A stretch of DNA of 61,825 bases, counting the filler, from Sphacelaria rigidula (taxonomy: Eukaryota): NCBI GenBank assembly GCA_964200075.2. It is 4 parts of 4 records of this genome, joined end to end, with 100 filler letters (N's around TTAATTAATTAA, not from the genome) between each part and the next. Parts side by side here need not be neighbours in the genome. Positions count along the whole stretch, not along the records: positions 30,966 to 46,345 come from CAXNAA020001774.1; positions 46,446 to 61,825 come from CAXNAA020001775.1; 2 more parts are not named here. The stretch is one strand, 5' to 3'. Position numbers and translations under genes: made by a program. The notes below the pieces were generated by a model, which was not told the DNA's origin, searched no databases, and worked only from the letters and a program-made list of their open reading frames with translations. Below, piece by piece: positions 36,677 to 48,370 of this stretch (its first letter is position 1; every line of letters starts with the position of its first letter).

Positions 36677-37636
36677 ATGTGGCCACGCTGAACCGGGGCG
36701 GGCTGAGCTATTTTTTCCACCGCTCGTTGGAGACTTGTGCGTAATTAGAGAAGCTAGAACGTGCCGTGAAAGTGAGAGGGTCATTTCTGGCGATTTTGGT
36801 GATTTTTTACTTCTTTTGTTGAAAAAAAAGAAAGAAATAAAATAATCCAACCCAAACCGCCAGAATCACTCTCACTTAGGCTTTTACTTGTTCTGCTATT
36901 AGTAGTACGGTTTTTGAAAGAAAAAAAAAAGTTTATCTTGAAGATAATAACGGGGCACATGCACACAGAACCCGTAAAAGCCCTACTGTCACTCTCAGAG
37001 CACGTTCTCGCTCTTCTTGTTTTAACCCTTAGACAGCGACCCCCCCGCTGGTAGACAGAGGTAGACACTACATTTTTGGGGTTCAGAATCATTCCTTTGT
37101 CACAACTCAAAACGCCTACTCTACGGCGGAAGGGACCGGGAGTGCATAAGACGTACATAGTTGCGTCATAACACAGATGGTGGTGTGGTTGTCGACCACC
37201 TGGTTATCACGCCGCATATTTTTGCTGTGCAGTCTGTAGTGTATCGTGCCGCGGCTGCACGTGTGGTCTGCAGCGTACTAGATCTTATAGTGTTAAACGT
37301 GCCGAGTGTACGCAGCATGCGTTTGGATATCGCACCATGACTACCGCCGCGAACACCCCTGACTACCGTCGAGCAATTGCTCGGCGATGGCGGTCGCCTC
37401 ACCGTCGACGTACAGTACTTGTCTACATCTACGTGCGTCGGGTACTCGTGGCCACCGCTCGCGTGTTGCGCCATGACGTTTGATACCAGATGGAGGTGTG
37501 GAGCTAGTACGACGCTCAGGCAATACTGAACAGACAGACCAACAGTGTACCGAAGATGCTCAAACACCTGCGTGTTGGTTATATAATCTATGGTTGATTA
37601 GGAATGATCAAAATGGGTTATGACGTCGTGTTTTAA

Positions 37637-37733
37637 CCCTTAGACAGCGAGAGTAGGTCATCCGTTGAATCGGCATCAATGTCACTCGAAAAAATAAGCA
37701 TGATCCAGATAGACTACCCTCGCGGTCTAGGAG
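37637..37733. mobile_element. Miniature piggyBac-like element
   Basis: TTAA|CCCTTAGACAGCG ... CGCGGTCTAGGAG|CTAA. Another left end TTAA|CCCTTAGAC at 37022-37034 and a related copy ending GCGGTCTAAGGG at ~50700-50802. Confidence 0.55.
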
Positions 37734-38329
37734 CTAACGAAACAAGGAAAATGAGAATGCCACCTGCGGACAAAAAGCATGAAAACCACGGGACTATAGT
37801 TCATACCAGGGCTCACTGCAATAGACACGCTACGCGTTAGCGATTTCACCACTAACCCATCCACATGTGGTAGGTCGGCCATGCCCCATACGCGCTCGAG
37901 TATCCATAGGCCACAAATATGTGAATATGTGAACGTGCGAAGAAGAAAATATCATTTTGTAGAAAATTTGAGGATATACTGTGCACGTCTCCCTGATACA
38001 GGCAGGCTCAAGAACAGCAGTCCGAAACACCCATAAATTTTCCCAAGTCACCCACCGCGTTCAATCGCGTTTGATCATGATTACCGACAATCGCGTTCGA
38101 TCATGCCTACCGAGAAAAAGCCGCTGGAGATCACTAACCGTGCAGGAAAATAGATAAACTGGCGCGTTGGCCTCGCCCAAGCTGAAGTCCAACGTGCGGT
38201 GAAAGTGAAGACAAGGGTCGTGTTAAAGGTACCCCCGTCGCTTTTGAAAAAATCACTTGCGGAGAAGTGATGCCACCACAACCACCAGTGATGAGTTTTA
38301 TCGACAAGCAGTTATGTTGAGATCGATGC

Positions 38330-39900
38330 CCAGATCTGCGCACGCACGTCTGGGTTCCAAGGTTTTGAATTTGCGCCTTTCATCGAATACTGGACGGGTT
38401 TCCGTCAAACAAAGGCTGTCGTGTGTGGATAATGAGGTATCACTTGAACGATGCGCGTGAGTGGTGCGTGTCTGTGCGCGTTTTTTCAGGGCTGGGTGTG
38501 TAGGTGTTGTACTCCGTTGTTGCATCTTGTCGGCAGGATACCTTGGACCTACTTGGACTAACGACCACACAAAAACATTGATTTGTGGAGCGTGCAGATC
38601 TGGGTTCAAAGTTTTGAATTTGAATACAGCCCGTCAATCGACGTAAGTAACCGGAGGGTTATGTGAGGACTGGGAGTTTTACCAGTTTTTGTTGAACACA
38701 CGCGTCGCCTTTCATTGAATACTGGACGGATTTCCGTAAAGCAAAGGCTGTCGTGTGTAGACGATGAGGTATCGCTTGAACGATGCGCGTGAGTGGTGGG
38801 TGTCCGTGCGTGTTTTTTCAGGGTCGGCAGCATACCTTGGACAAGAACATTGATTTGTGGAACGTGCAGATCTGGATTCTAAGCTTTCGAATTTGAATAC
38901 AGCCCGTCGATCGGCGCAAGTAACCGAAGGGTTATGCGGAGACTGGTAATTTTTCCGTTTCTCGTTGCACGCACGCATCGCCTTTCATCGAATACTGGAC
39001 GGATTTCCGCCAAACAAAGGCTGTCGTGTGTGGATGAAGTATTGCTTGAACGATGCGCGTGGGTGGTGGGTGTCTGTGCGTCTTTTTTCAGGGCTGGGTG
39101 TGCAGGTGTTGTGCTCCGTTGTTGCATCTTGTCGGCATCATTACACAGACCTTGGACCTGCTTGGACTAACGGCCACTGCCTCACCCGCCGCATTTCTCA
39201 ACCTGCGTGCAGATCTATCTATCTGGGTTACAACCTCTTGCATTTGAACATTTGAATACAGTCCGTCTTCAGGTTTCGAGCGGTGAATGAATTCAGCCGA
39301 AGGACTAAAACGTGGGACATGTCTTGTCTCATCGTCTCATTGTACTGCAGCACAAACACACTCCGCTCTCATGTGCCGTAGCTATCACTGTTCTGAGGTG
39401 TGTTTAGGCCTTGCGAAGACGGTTTGGTCTCCGCTGCTTGATTGCTGTATTGTTGATTCCGTCTCTCTGTAACCAAGTTGTAACATATAGGATCAATCAG
39501 GACGCTGTGATTTTGCAATAAGAGAAGCTGACGCATACTGTAGTCTATACAGTCCACCTTCAGGTTCTGAAACTAGATTTATGCGAAGACTGGGAGTTTT
39601 TCCGTTTTTGTTGTACGCACGCGTTGCCTTTCATCGAATACTGGACGGATACCCGTCAAACAAAAGCTGTCGTGTGTGGATGTCTGTGCGTGTTTTTTCA
39701 GGGCTGAGTGTGCAGAAATTATGCTCCGTTGTTGCATATTGCGAAGACGGTTTGGTCTCCGCTGAGCTTGCTTGATGTGCTGTATTGTTGTGCTCGTCTC
39801 TCTATAACCGAGCTGTGACATGAAGCATCCATTAGGACGCTGTGATTTTGCAACGAGAGAAGCTGATGCATACTGTACACAGTCCATCTTCAAGTTCTAA
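38330..39900 (+). repeat. Degenerate tandem array, ~270-330-bp unit, four core copies
   Basis: GCCTTTCATCGAATACTGGACGG..GCTGTCGTGTGT recurs at ~38375, 38707, 38980 and 39626. Confidence 0.9.
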
Positions 39901-40699
39901 ACTAGAAAACACTGCGAAACTACCATGTTGTCTTGTGTTGGGGGTAGTATTATGTACTCCATACACCACTGCAAAAGTATCTTGTTTCGAGTGTACTACC
40001 CTGTGCTCCATATAATGGTGTCATGGTTCGAGCAGTTTTTCAAAAAATTCTCATCGTTTTTTGAAAAGTATTCCGAAATAACGAGAGTGTTTTCTGTCAC
40101 AGAAATCTAATGCCGAATCTGGAATGGCCTGAGACAACATCAGTTTGAAAATTGGAATTTGTGTGAAGCACTTTGATCCCACCCTACAATGGCGACAGTC
40201 GGACCATTACACCACCGGGGCGCGGCGGCTGTTGTCATAGTGTAACCTCTACCTGGGACATGGACGTCCGTCGCTGAGAACCCATCTAGGAGTTGGACGT
40301 CCATCGGCGATATCCGTATCTGATTATAGATAGATCGCTCTGCTTCGCATCACACTTCCAATTTTCCTATCCTTCCTCACATTGAAATGGAATGGGAAAG
40401 GGACAGAAGAGACAGACGCCCTCGATGAAGAAAAGCAAGAACGGCATACAAGCAGAAGAAGGGACGGAAAGAAAGTAAGGGTCATAGATTGACGATGACA
40501 ACTCTTTCGCGCATCGCACCACGCAAGTTCCAGACATTATCGTTCTAGTCCGAGTGACGTCCTTTCACGTGCGCAAGGGTGCGCAGGAAGGCGGAGCTGA
40601 GACCGGAGTCGTCGCTCGGCAAGTTCCCGCTAGGTTCTCTCGATCCCTGGCCACTACTTGTAGATCCGTCTTTACTTACACGTACAATACGTGCCTCCC

Positions 40700-41100
40700 G
40701 GAGTGCCAGTGGGCATCGAATGAGGCAATAGTGCCACCCCCAGTAGTGCAATCGTACTTGAGCCATTTCCACTGCAAACGGAACTGCGTGCCGTAGTGGG
40801 CGCCCACCCAGATGAGTTACACGACCGAGATCAAGGAGTACTCTACGCCTAAAGAGAGAGTCTCGGACGCGTCGGGGGGAACGCCAATGACTGCGTTGAC
40901 GGTAGCAGCACTCGACGAAATAAATAGGTGGTCGGGGGCGTTGATAGCCGAGAAAGGCAGGAAATTCTAAAAGCACATGTCCGATGGGATGATCCCGTAT
41001 GATGGACAAACGCCCGCCCCGTGGAAAGAAAAGCCAAGACAAGTACCTCCCGAAAACCAATCAATCACGGCGGCCTGCAGAGTTCTACTATTCCCGTGAG
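40700..41100 (+). pseudogene. Possible decayed piggyBac-type transposase fragment
   Basis: VQSYLSHFHC..ALDEINRWSGAL..SDGMIPYDG..KYLP/RKPINHG recalls the piggyBac DE.MIPF.G..Y.P.KP..YG block. Stops and frameshifts present. Confidence 0.35.
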
Positions 41101-41923
41101 GAACCATGAAGACAGCTGGGTCACGCAAAGCCGCAGATTGCTCGTGCGTTATCGTCCGCAGGCTGTGGTCGTCTACGGAGCAAGTAACGTGGCGCCTCCA
41201 CGAGATCCCTACAGATTCTCGCGTAAGCAAAACCAGTTGGAGGTTACTGGCGCGTGTCCGGCCAGTTCGCTGGCACGTGAGGCTTGCGTCTTTGGCAAAT
41301 GGCTTCGAACACGCTCGCCGTGTCGCCTATTTGATCACCGCTTCCGGGTAAACCGCCGTCTAACACGACGAAGTCACGCACTTCCGCCAGCTTCACCTGG
41401 TGAAGGTTTGTTGGCATTTAGGAGAGGTAGACGATGAAAGAGAGCTACGTAGCCGAATCAATCCCAGGGTGGTTAGATTCATTAAGTGCGATTTAGTGAA
41501 AAATCTACCCGGCCAGTCAGAAACAAAGTGTTCGTCCGGTCGGTCAGAATAGAAACGCAGAATTGCAGAAGGTCATCTGCAGAAGGCCTTCGGTGCACCT
41601 TTCCTAGCTCTGCTGCCTCTTTAGGGCCAAGCACCTTTGATCCATCGACTCTTTGGAGCTCCGAGGGCGTGTCTTAGCACCTTTGTTTTCGATCGAAAAA
41701 ATGCGGTCCAATTTATTTTTGCCGAGCTCGTAGGCCACGCATTCACGTTCCTTGAAGGCTTCAACTCAAAATTATAACTGGCGGCGCGCGGAGAAGAATG
41801 CAACGAGGTATAAAACAATCGTTTGAGATTGAAAACATGCGGTCGAAAGGCACGAAGCGGCACTTGACTCTTATCTTACAAATAGGCTTCTACTTGTGAT
41901 GCTAGGAAGGTCCTTCTTTATGC

Positions 41924-42141
41924 TAGTGACAGAGAGTTTCGGAACACATTTTTTTTTCATTTCAGAGTGCAAATATCTCAGGAGCAGAGTGCAGATGAAT
42001 AAAAAACAACTCCTCGAAAAGAAGTCTAGGGGATACCACATTTGACGCAGGGGGGACTAATTTTTGTTACACTCTGATCCTGAGATATTTGCACTCTGAA
42101 ATGTCAAAAAAAGGGTTTTCCGAAAATCTCGAATATCACTA
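41924..42141. mobile_element. ~220-bp MITE
   Basis: CATTTCAGAGTGCAAATATCTCAGGA is inverted as TCCTGAGATATTTGCACTCTGAAATG; termini TAGTGA..TCACTA. Confidence 0.7.
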
Positions 42142-43118
42142 AAAATAATGGTCGTAAAAAAGCGGAATTTATGCTCGATTCGTGCTCTTATGTTCAAACA
42201 AATGATGCTCGATTTATGCTCACAACGTGGAATGCATGCTCGATTATGCTCGTAATATTCAACAAGGATAGCATTCTCGACCGGACGATCACTATATGCA
42301 TGTTATGTATACAGTATATATACGAAGAGCTATGCTACGATCATGCATACGTGTTATATTTCTTCTTCTCGGAAATGTAAGCAAGGTTTGGATTTCCGGG
42401 AGTATAAGCAAGGTTTGTGATTGAGGGCGTTAGAACAGGTATTTCTGCGCCATTTTTTTTTATCGTGCTCCCATCGGTAGTACAAATGAAAAAATGGCAT
42501 AAAAACAGGGGATGGTTAAGTTTCGTCCCCTCCTGTGGATTGTTTTTGTTCCAGATGGAACTTCCGAAGATTTGGTCAGTAAGAAAAACTAGAGTGTTGT
42601 TTTCACCCGTGCGGAACGAGGGAAAGCTTTTTCTCAGTTGTTTTTTTGGTGTGGAATCTTGGCCATGTTGAGCGTGCTGTAGACCGGTTCTTTGAGAAGA
42701 AAAAAGACATTTTTCCTTGTGACCGGGTCCAAAACTACAGGGCGCCCAAAAACGACACCTTTGAAGCGAAAAAAAAGCACGAAGGGGAAAAAAAGAAAAA
42801 ATATCGAAGAAAATGAAGTGTTCGAGGTAAGGATCGAACTCCTGGCTCAAACGCCGATCGCCATCAACTGATCCCTCGCGCAAGCCCAAGCCCTGCTTAC
42901 ATTTCCGGGCAGAGGAGGTACATATATATATGTGTGTGTATATATATACGAAGAGCCATGCTACGATAGGGGTGGGGGGGGGGGAGGGGGCTCGATTCCA
43001 CGAAAACGTGTGCCCATAGAAGCATCGAATGACCTACAACACTCGCGGTGCGCTTGTATTTGAGTAAAAACGGCGTAAAGCAGTATGTAAAACTCAGGGA
43101 CGTGTACGGACAAAACCT

Positions 43119-43410
43119 CACGGAGCGGATGTGGAAACCTGCGAATTATGACGGAGCAGATATCCGTCAATGAAAATGACACGGATATTTGCGGAGCGGA
43201 TATCCGCCAACGAAAATGTCACGGTGCGGTGCGGATTTTTCGAACATGGTACGGAGCGGAGTGGATATCCGTCAGTGGGAATCTCTTTCCACGGAGCGGG
43301 TATCCGCCCGCTACAAATGCACGGGACTATTGCGGAGCCGATATCCGTGGCATGGATTTTTCCACGGAGCGGTTTGCCCCCCTCCGTGGAACAAACCGCA
43401 CAAACCGCGG
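43119..43410 (+). repeat. Array of CGGAGCGGATATCCG-like motifs (about 8), likely a transposon subterminal array
   Basis: Motif variants at ~43121, 43152, 43192, 43222, 43251, 43292, 43333 and 43365. Confidence 0.65.
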
Positions 43411-44364
43411 CAATTCCCCGCGGTGCACCGTCGCAGTAATCCGTGAAAACGAAATGAGTTGTTTTGCTTTGACTACCAGCTGCTGGACAGGGGGGATGGC
43501 ATAAATAAGAAGTGGGTCTAACACCGATCACACTTCTTTTGTTGTGCTGTACTGTAGGGCAGGATGCTGTAAACGTAGGCGGCGATAGTTATTTGCTTCA
43601 AACTACAGGGAATCGTGAAATTATTTTTTCTTGGGGTACTTCTTCAGGGCTATTTCTTGAACAAAGATATGTTGATAGTTGATGGCTGTCGCTGCGGCAT
43701 GGACAGCATCATATTAGCTGGGTGTTCAAGTGTAAAATACTCAACATCAGAAGTTTTCAGAATTCGTAGGGGTTTTTTTACAATTTTCTGGAGTACTATT
43801 CTTCACTACTACTTGAAAGTGCTAGCGCCGGTAGATTTAGGGAGAAAGCGTAGGCCGCGCTCAAACTGCAGTGCTCAAGTTGGTGTTTTGGGGGCGCTAC
43901 GGACTTGATACTCCGTTTATCAGGACGGTGTCATTGACCGTTCTTGGTCCAATATAAGCAGTTTTCCCGCTCTTCAGCGACAAAACGGCAAACATTCAGA
44001 TAAATTAACACGTTAAAAATTCTTCACAATAACGATCAAGATCGTGTTCTTCTATACTGCACAAACCTCAGTCTGGCATTTTCTGCGGATGGCCTATTTT
44101 CGTTTTGTTTTCGCATAACAATTTCCATGAGCACTCGAAAGTGCTAACGTCGATAGTTTTGGCAAAATAGGCAAACCGTGCTCAAATCACAATCGCCCAA
44201 GTTGGTGTTGTCGAGGCGATACTGGGTAAAGACCCCGTTTATGGTCCAAGAAACATAGTTTTCCTGCTTCAGCGCAGCGACTAGGTAGAATTTAAAAGAA
44301 ACCAATCGTATTTGAGTATTTACTTACGAGCTGGGCCAGCCGAGAAGCGATTTTGTAGTTTACA

Positions 44365-44628
44365 GGCCCATTATACGACCAATACTTGGAGTTGGACCCG
44401 GAAATTTGGTATAGCCATTGAGTAGGGCATAATAAAGCAAATTACTGGCGTACACAAGGGATTTTTTTCATGAGTTAGGGGCATTTTACCGATATCTGAA
44501 AACTGATTATCGCCCTTGACTCATGAAAAAAAAACTTGCGTACGCCAATGCATTTTTTTATTATGCCCTACTTATTGTCCATACCAAATTTCAGGGTCCA
44601 ACTCCAAGTATTGACCGTATAATGGGCC
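44365..44628. mobile_element. Fold-back MITE with ~118-bp arms (GGCCC termini, Tourist/PIF-like)
   Basis: GGCCCATTATACGACCAATACTTGGAGTTGGACCC ... GGGTCCAACTCCAAGTATTGACCGTATAATGGGCC. Confidence 0.8.
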
Positions 44629-44772
44629 GTTTAGTGACAGGGTCAAAAGAAATTCGGAACAGTATTTTGAAGGCCAGTTACTGGCCCACGTTCGGTGTTT
44701 GTGTATTGAAATCTTGTGTTGGCGCTCTCTAAGGCATACTCAACAAACAAAAGTGGGTCAGGTTAATTTTTT

Positions 44773-45110
44773 CAGGGGTCTACACGTTACACGTGTCACA
44801 ACGTTACACGTTACGTTCACGTCAAGTTTTGGCCGAAACGTAACGTGAACGTTAAATTTTTTTCACGTGATGAACGTAACGTGAACGTAACGTTAAATTC
44901 TTAAATGAAACGTTCACGTAACGTTAATTTTTTTTTAACGTGACATATGTAACGTAACGTGAATGTTTAATTGCCCAAACGTTCCAATCACGTAATATGA
45001 AACGTTTCATATAACGTGTAACGTCTGTTACACGCTACACGTGCATTAGACGTTAGACGTTAGACGTTACGTTATATGTTACGTTACACGTTACATGAAA
45101 CGTCATGAAC
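44773..45110 (+). mobile_element. Single end of the CAGGGGTC ACGT-rich element family
   Basis: CAGGGGTCTACACGTTACAC plus ACGT-rich array; similar to the reverse complement of 33640-33890. Confidence 0.75.
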
Positions 45111-45735
45111 ACGTCACATACAGTGGTGAAACTTCAAGTATGCAACGATTCAAAAATTCCTGGAAGATGGTGCTTCAATAAACACAAGTGAGTTTTGAAT
45201 GACCATGGTATATAACTATGGTACTTATGCAAAAACTTCGCGCTCTCCCCACCACACGTCACATTCATAACATCGTAATCATCTTGACCACATTCAAGGC
45301 TACTTCTTACGTGTAAAAAACACGCTGTCAGAAAAGCAGTTTCTGAACAGCGCGATTTTCCACATGAATTTTCAAAGTAGCCTTCGTCACGATATTGATG
45401 CGCTGTCAAAATTGAAAACGCAGTGCTCATCGTTTTCTATGAGGTGTACAGGCATAATGTCAAATTCTGGGGCGCACGAGATAGACGTGGCACTCTGCTG
45501 TCGTGTCGCGGTGTACGGTCCGTACTGACTGTACTACTGTTGTGATACATCGCCTGAGCAATACATGGTTGGCTGCGTGACGGAAGACGATCAATACGAA
45601 CACCGCCCTGCTGTATTAATAACTGACTATAGAAGTGACGGTTGTGCTTTTCACTGCACGGTAGTACTTGACTGAAAGGAAAGCACGTACAAGAGTACAC
45701 ACACCAGTACTGTATTGCATGCATTGGCTTCAAAA

Positions 45736-46023
45736 GGTTTCGTGAGATTGAGAGTAGAGCGCTGATTGGGAGTTGCTTTATTCATTCGCTTCAATCCAGC
45801 CAATTATTCATTCCGTGTGCACGTTTTCTCCCCTCCATCACTGGCGTGTGCTACAAGCTACACGTCGATATCATACTCAAGGATATCATAGGCCTCAGTG
45901 GCAAGCTACTACAGAAAGCATACTGGACCTCGTGGAAGGGCATTTCGGAACTGAAACGGGTAATGCACTGATTGACCGCTTTTAACTCTCAATCGTATCC
46001 TCTACCCCCAATCTCCCAAATAC
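45736..46023 (+). mobile_element. ~290-bp MITE, GTTTTCGTGAGAT family (copy 3)
   Basis: Colinear similarity to 35670-35958 (CAGTGGCAAGCTACTACAGAAAGCA, GGGCATTTCGGAACTGAAACG). Confidence 0.75.
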
Positions 46024-46345
46024 CCTGTTTGTAGTCATGGCTTGGCTGCCATCATCACTGCTGTCGCTGGTGCTCGCGGGCGGTCAGCGTTTTGCTTTAC
46101 TGTCCTTCGCTCGCCAGTAGCGTGATGGCCCTTACCCCTTACCCCCATGAGAGCAAAACAGGGCAGTGTCCATGACGAGTGCTGACAGACACTCTGAATG
46201 TAGGTTGGCTGCGCAGAAATCTAGCTCAGTTCATGTCTGCATGTAGCGTGTTGCAAACAGCACTCTAATACAGTACAGACTGCCCAGGCTCCCAAGCTCT
46301 GTAGATACTACAGCAGTAGCACTACTGCTTATACTGTGGTCTTGT

Positions 46346-46445
46346 NNNNNNNNNNNNNNNNNNNNNNNNNNNNNNNNNNNNNNNNNNNNTTAATTAATTA
46401 ANNNNNNNNNNNNNNNNNNNNNNNNNNNNNNNNNNNNNNNNNNNN
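46346..46445. other. Artificial contig linker
   Basis: N44-TTAATTAATTAA-N44. Confidence 0.98.
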
Positions 46446-46945
46446 TGCAACCCAGATACACGCAGCCCAGACACGTGGAATGACGCAAAAGTTGCGCTGA
46501 TACCCCTTGGACCAGCGGTCAACTTTTTTCTCCCCTTCGGGCAATCAGGCCGAAGAAATCGTGGATTTGGTGATCCTTAGTCGTGATGATTCGTCCTTAC
46601 CGTGAAAGTTTGCACTACAACAGTACACCAGTGTAGTGCTCAATAGTGCCCGCTGTCGCGTCTCCACTCCCCGTCGACCTCGAGGGAGGATTTCACCACA
46701 CGCGTGCGCCTGCAGTCGCGATGCGAACTTCTCGCTCTTTCAAGAGATCAAATCGCAAACCGTCTTGTCGGACACGCATAAAACTCCGAATGACTACTTC
46801 GCTCCCTGTAGTACTTCTTCCCCTCCAAGACCCCCCCCCCCCTCATCCAAGCTCTTCACCGAACATTGATATCTATATCCTCATAATTGCAAGTACGTGG
46901 AAATCGGATACTCGTTTTTGATCCAAGTATACAATTTGTACTTGC

Positions 46946-47071
46946 CTTCTGAGCGATCGCAACCGGCTCCACGTACTGGGCGTCGAGGCCGTAGCACAGC
47001 TTGCTGATCCTGGCGGTAATCTTGTCGAAGGCCACAGACTCCTTCCTGCCATCTCGCTTCACCACGAACAT
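46946..47071 (-). CDS. RNR1: Ribonucleoside-diphosphate reductase large subunit, first coding exon (ATP-cone); rest of gene beyond the contig edge
   Basis: [42 protein letters not shown] is the conserved eukaryotic R1 N-terminus. Similarity ends at AAG|GCAAGT. Confidence 0.93.
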
Positions 47072-48362
47072 GATGGTCTACAGATTTCCTGCTCGAATAT
47101 AGGACGAAAATATCCTTGTCCTGTCCGATTTTTTTTGTCCGTCTTTCCGCAGCGGCGATTCCTGCTATGATATTATCTGCAAATACAGTGCGCACGAGCA
47201 CGCCGCGTACAGTTACATAAGTGAGGTACATTTGTGATCGAACCACTTGTCGGGGATATGGAATCACGAGCCGGGGTCCTCAAGGTGCGCGTGTGGGAGG
47301 TTACTACTCAGTGCGGCCAACTCTTTGCTGCTGGCACTTGCGCTGGCCATCCAGCGAATGTCCAAACATGTTCGTTGTTTCGATTGTAAGACTCCATGTG
47401 TCGGTTCATTGGCCCAGAGGAATCATCACCGGCCTCTCACACCGCCGAAAAAAAGTCTGCCACAGTTAGCACCAACAACCCAACCACCGAACAATTTTCG
47501 TTTTGAGCTCCTTATATCGAAGTATCAGTCCCTTCAGCACGATTCGCTTGAAGCCATCTCTGCAGGGAGCAGAATTGCCACTTTCATCATGATTCCGTAC
47601 CCCCCCTCCCCCCGATGACAAACTGGTCCGGCGATTTCCCGGCAAGCTTGGTCCCGGCTTTACAGTAATGCGATGTCAATGGTGTCATGACTACAGCATG
47701 CAGCATGAGAAGTATCCCCCCGCCTCCCCCTCCGTCTCCTCCCCTCACTTCCTCACTACCCAAATGACAAACAGATAGCACTTCCGCCACCCGTGCGCCA
47801 AAAAGGCTGCCCAAGCTTTGATTGATTTGGTTGATTTTGATTGATTGTCGCACTTCAATTAAGGTAGTGTCTTATCAACTTGTTTTCGACTCGAAGACGT
47901 ACGGTGGAATCGAAATCGAATTTGCTTGTACCTGATACGTCCACGGCATTCATGTTCTCAAGCCATTTGAGAAAACAATTAGTGTAGACAAATCAGAAAT
48001 GGGCGGATTCGATTCGACCGCACGTTTTCGATACGAAAACAATGTGCTAAGACACGACCCAACCCCCCACGGATCCAGCCGTGGTCTCATAACTGTTTCG
48101 TAAAGATGTGATCAACAAAATCGGTGATTCGTTCACCACGGTAGATAGCCCCTGCCCCGTAAATTTCGGAGTAAATTAGGAAAATTCCGAGCCGTTCTCG
48201 AGCCATTTTCAAGCCTTTTCGCAGCTAATCTCGATTGTCTACTCGCAATATGAGGTGCAGGAACGGTCAGCTTGAAAATAGAACGCGAGTTTGAGGCAGC
48301 ACCGGCAGCGGCTATTCCGTGTGCACATACATATTCAAATTCATGCACGCACCATAAATAAG

Positions 48363-48370
48363 TTTGGCGC
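48363..48370 (+). promoter_or_regulatory. Candidate E2F site (TTTGGCGC) upstream of RNR1
   Basis: Matches TTTSSCGC, 1.3 kb upstream of the ATG. An 8-mer can occur by chance. Confidence 0.3.

Noticed and set aside
43119..43410. CRISPR-like repeat-spacer array (also considered for 5890-6040 and 38330-39900)
   Set aside because: Repeats are short or degenerate, spacing is irregular, no cas genes are present and the context is eukaryotic.
33640..45110. ACGT-rich inverted pair as ends of an 11-kb element
   Set aside because: The CAGGGG termini face the wrong way to enclose the interval, and 33890 pairs with 32511.
46856..47071. RNR as evidence of an integrated giant virus
   Set aside because: It has a typical eukaryotic ATP-cone start followed by an intron, with no gene-dense, intron-poor viral neighbourhood.
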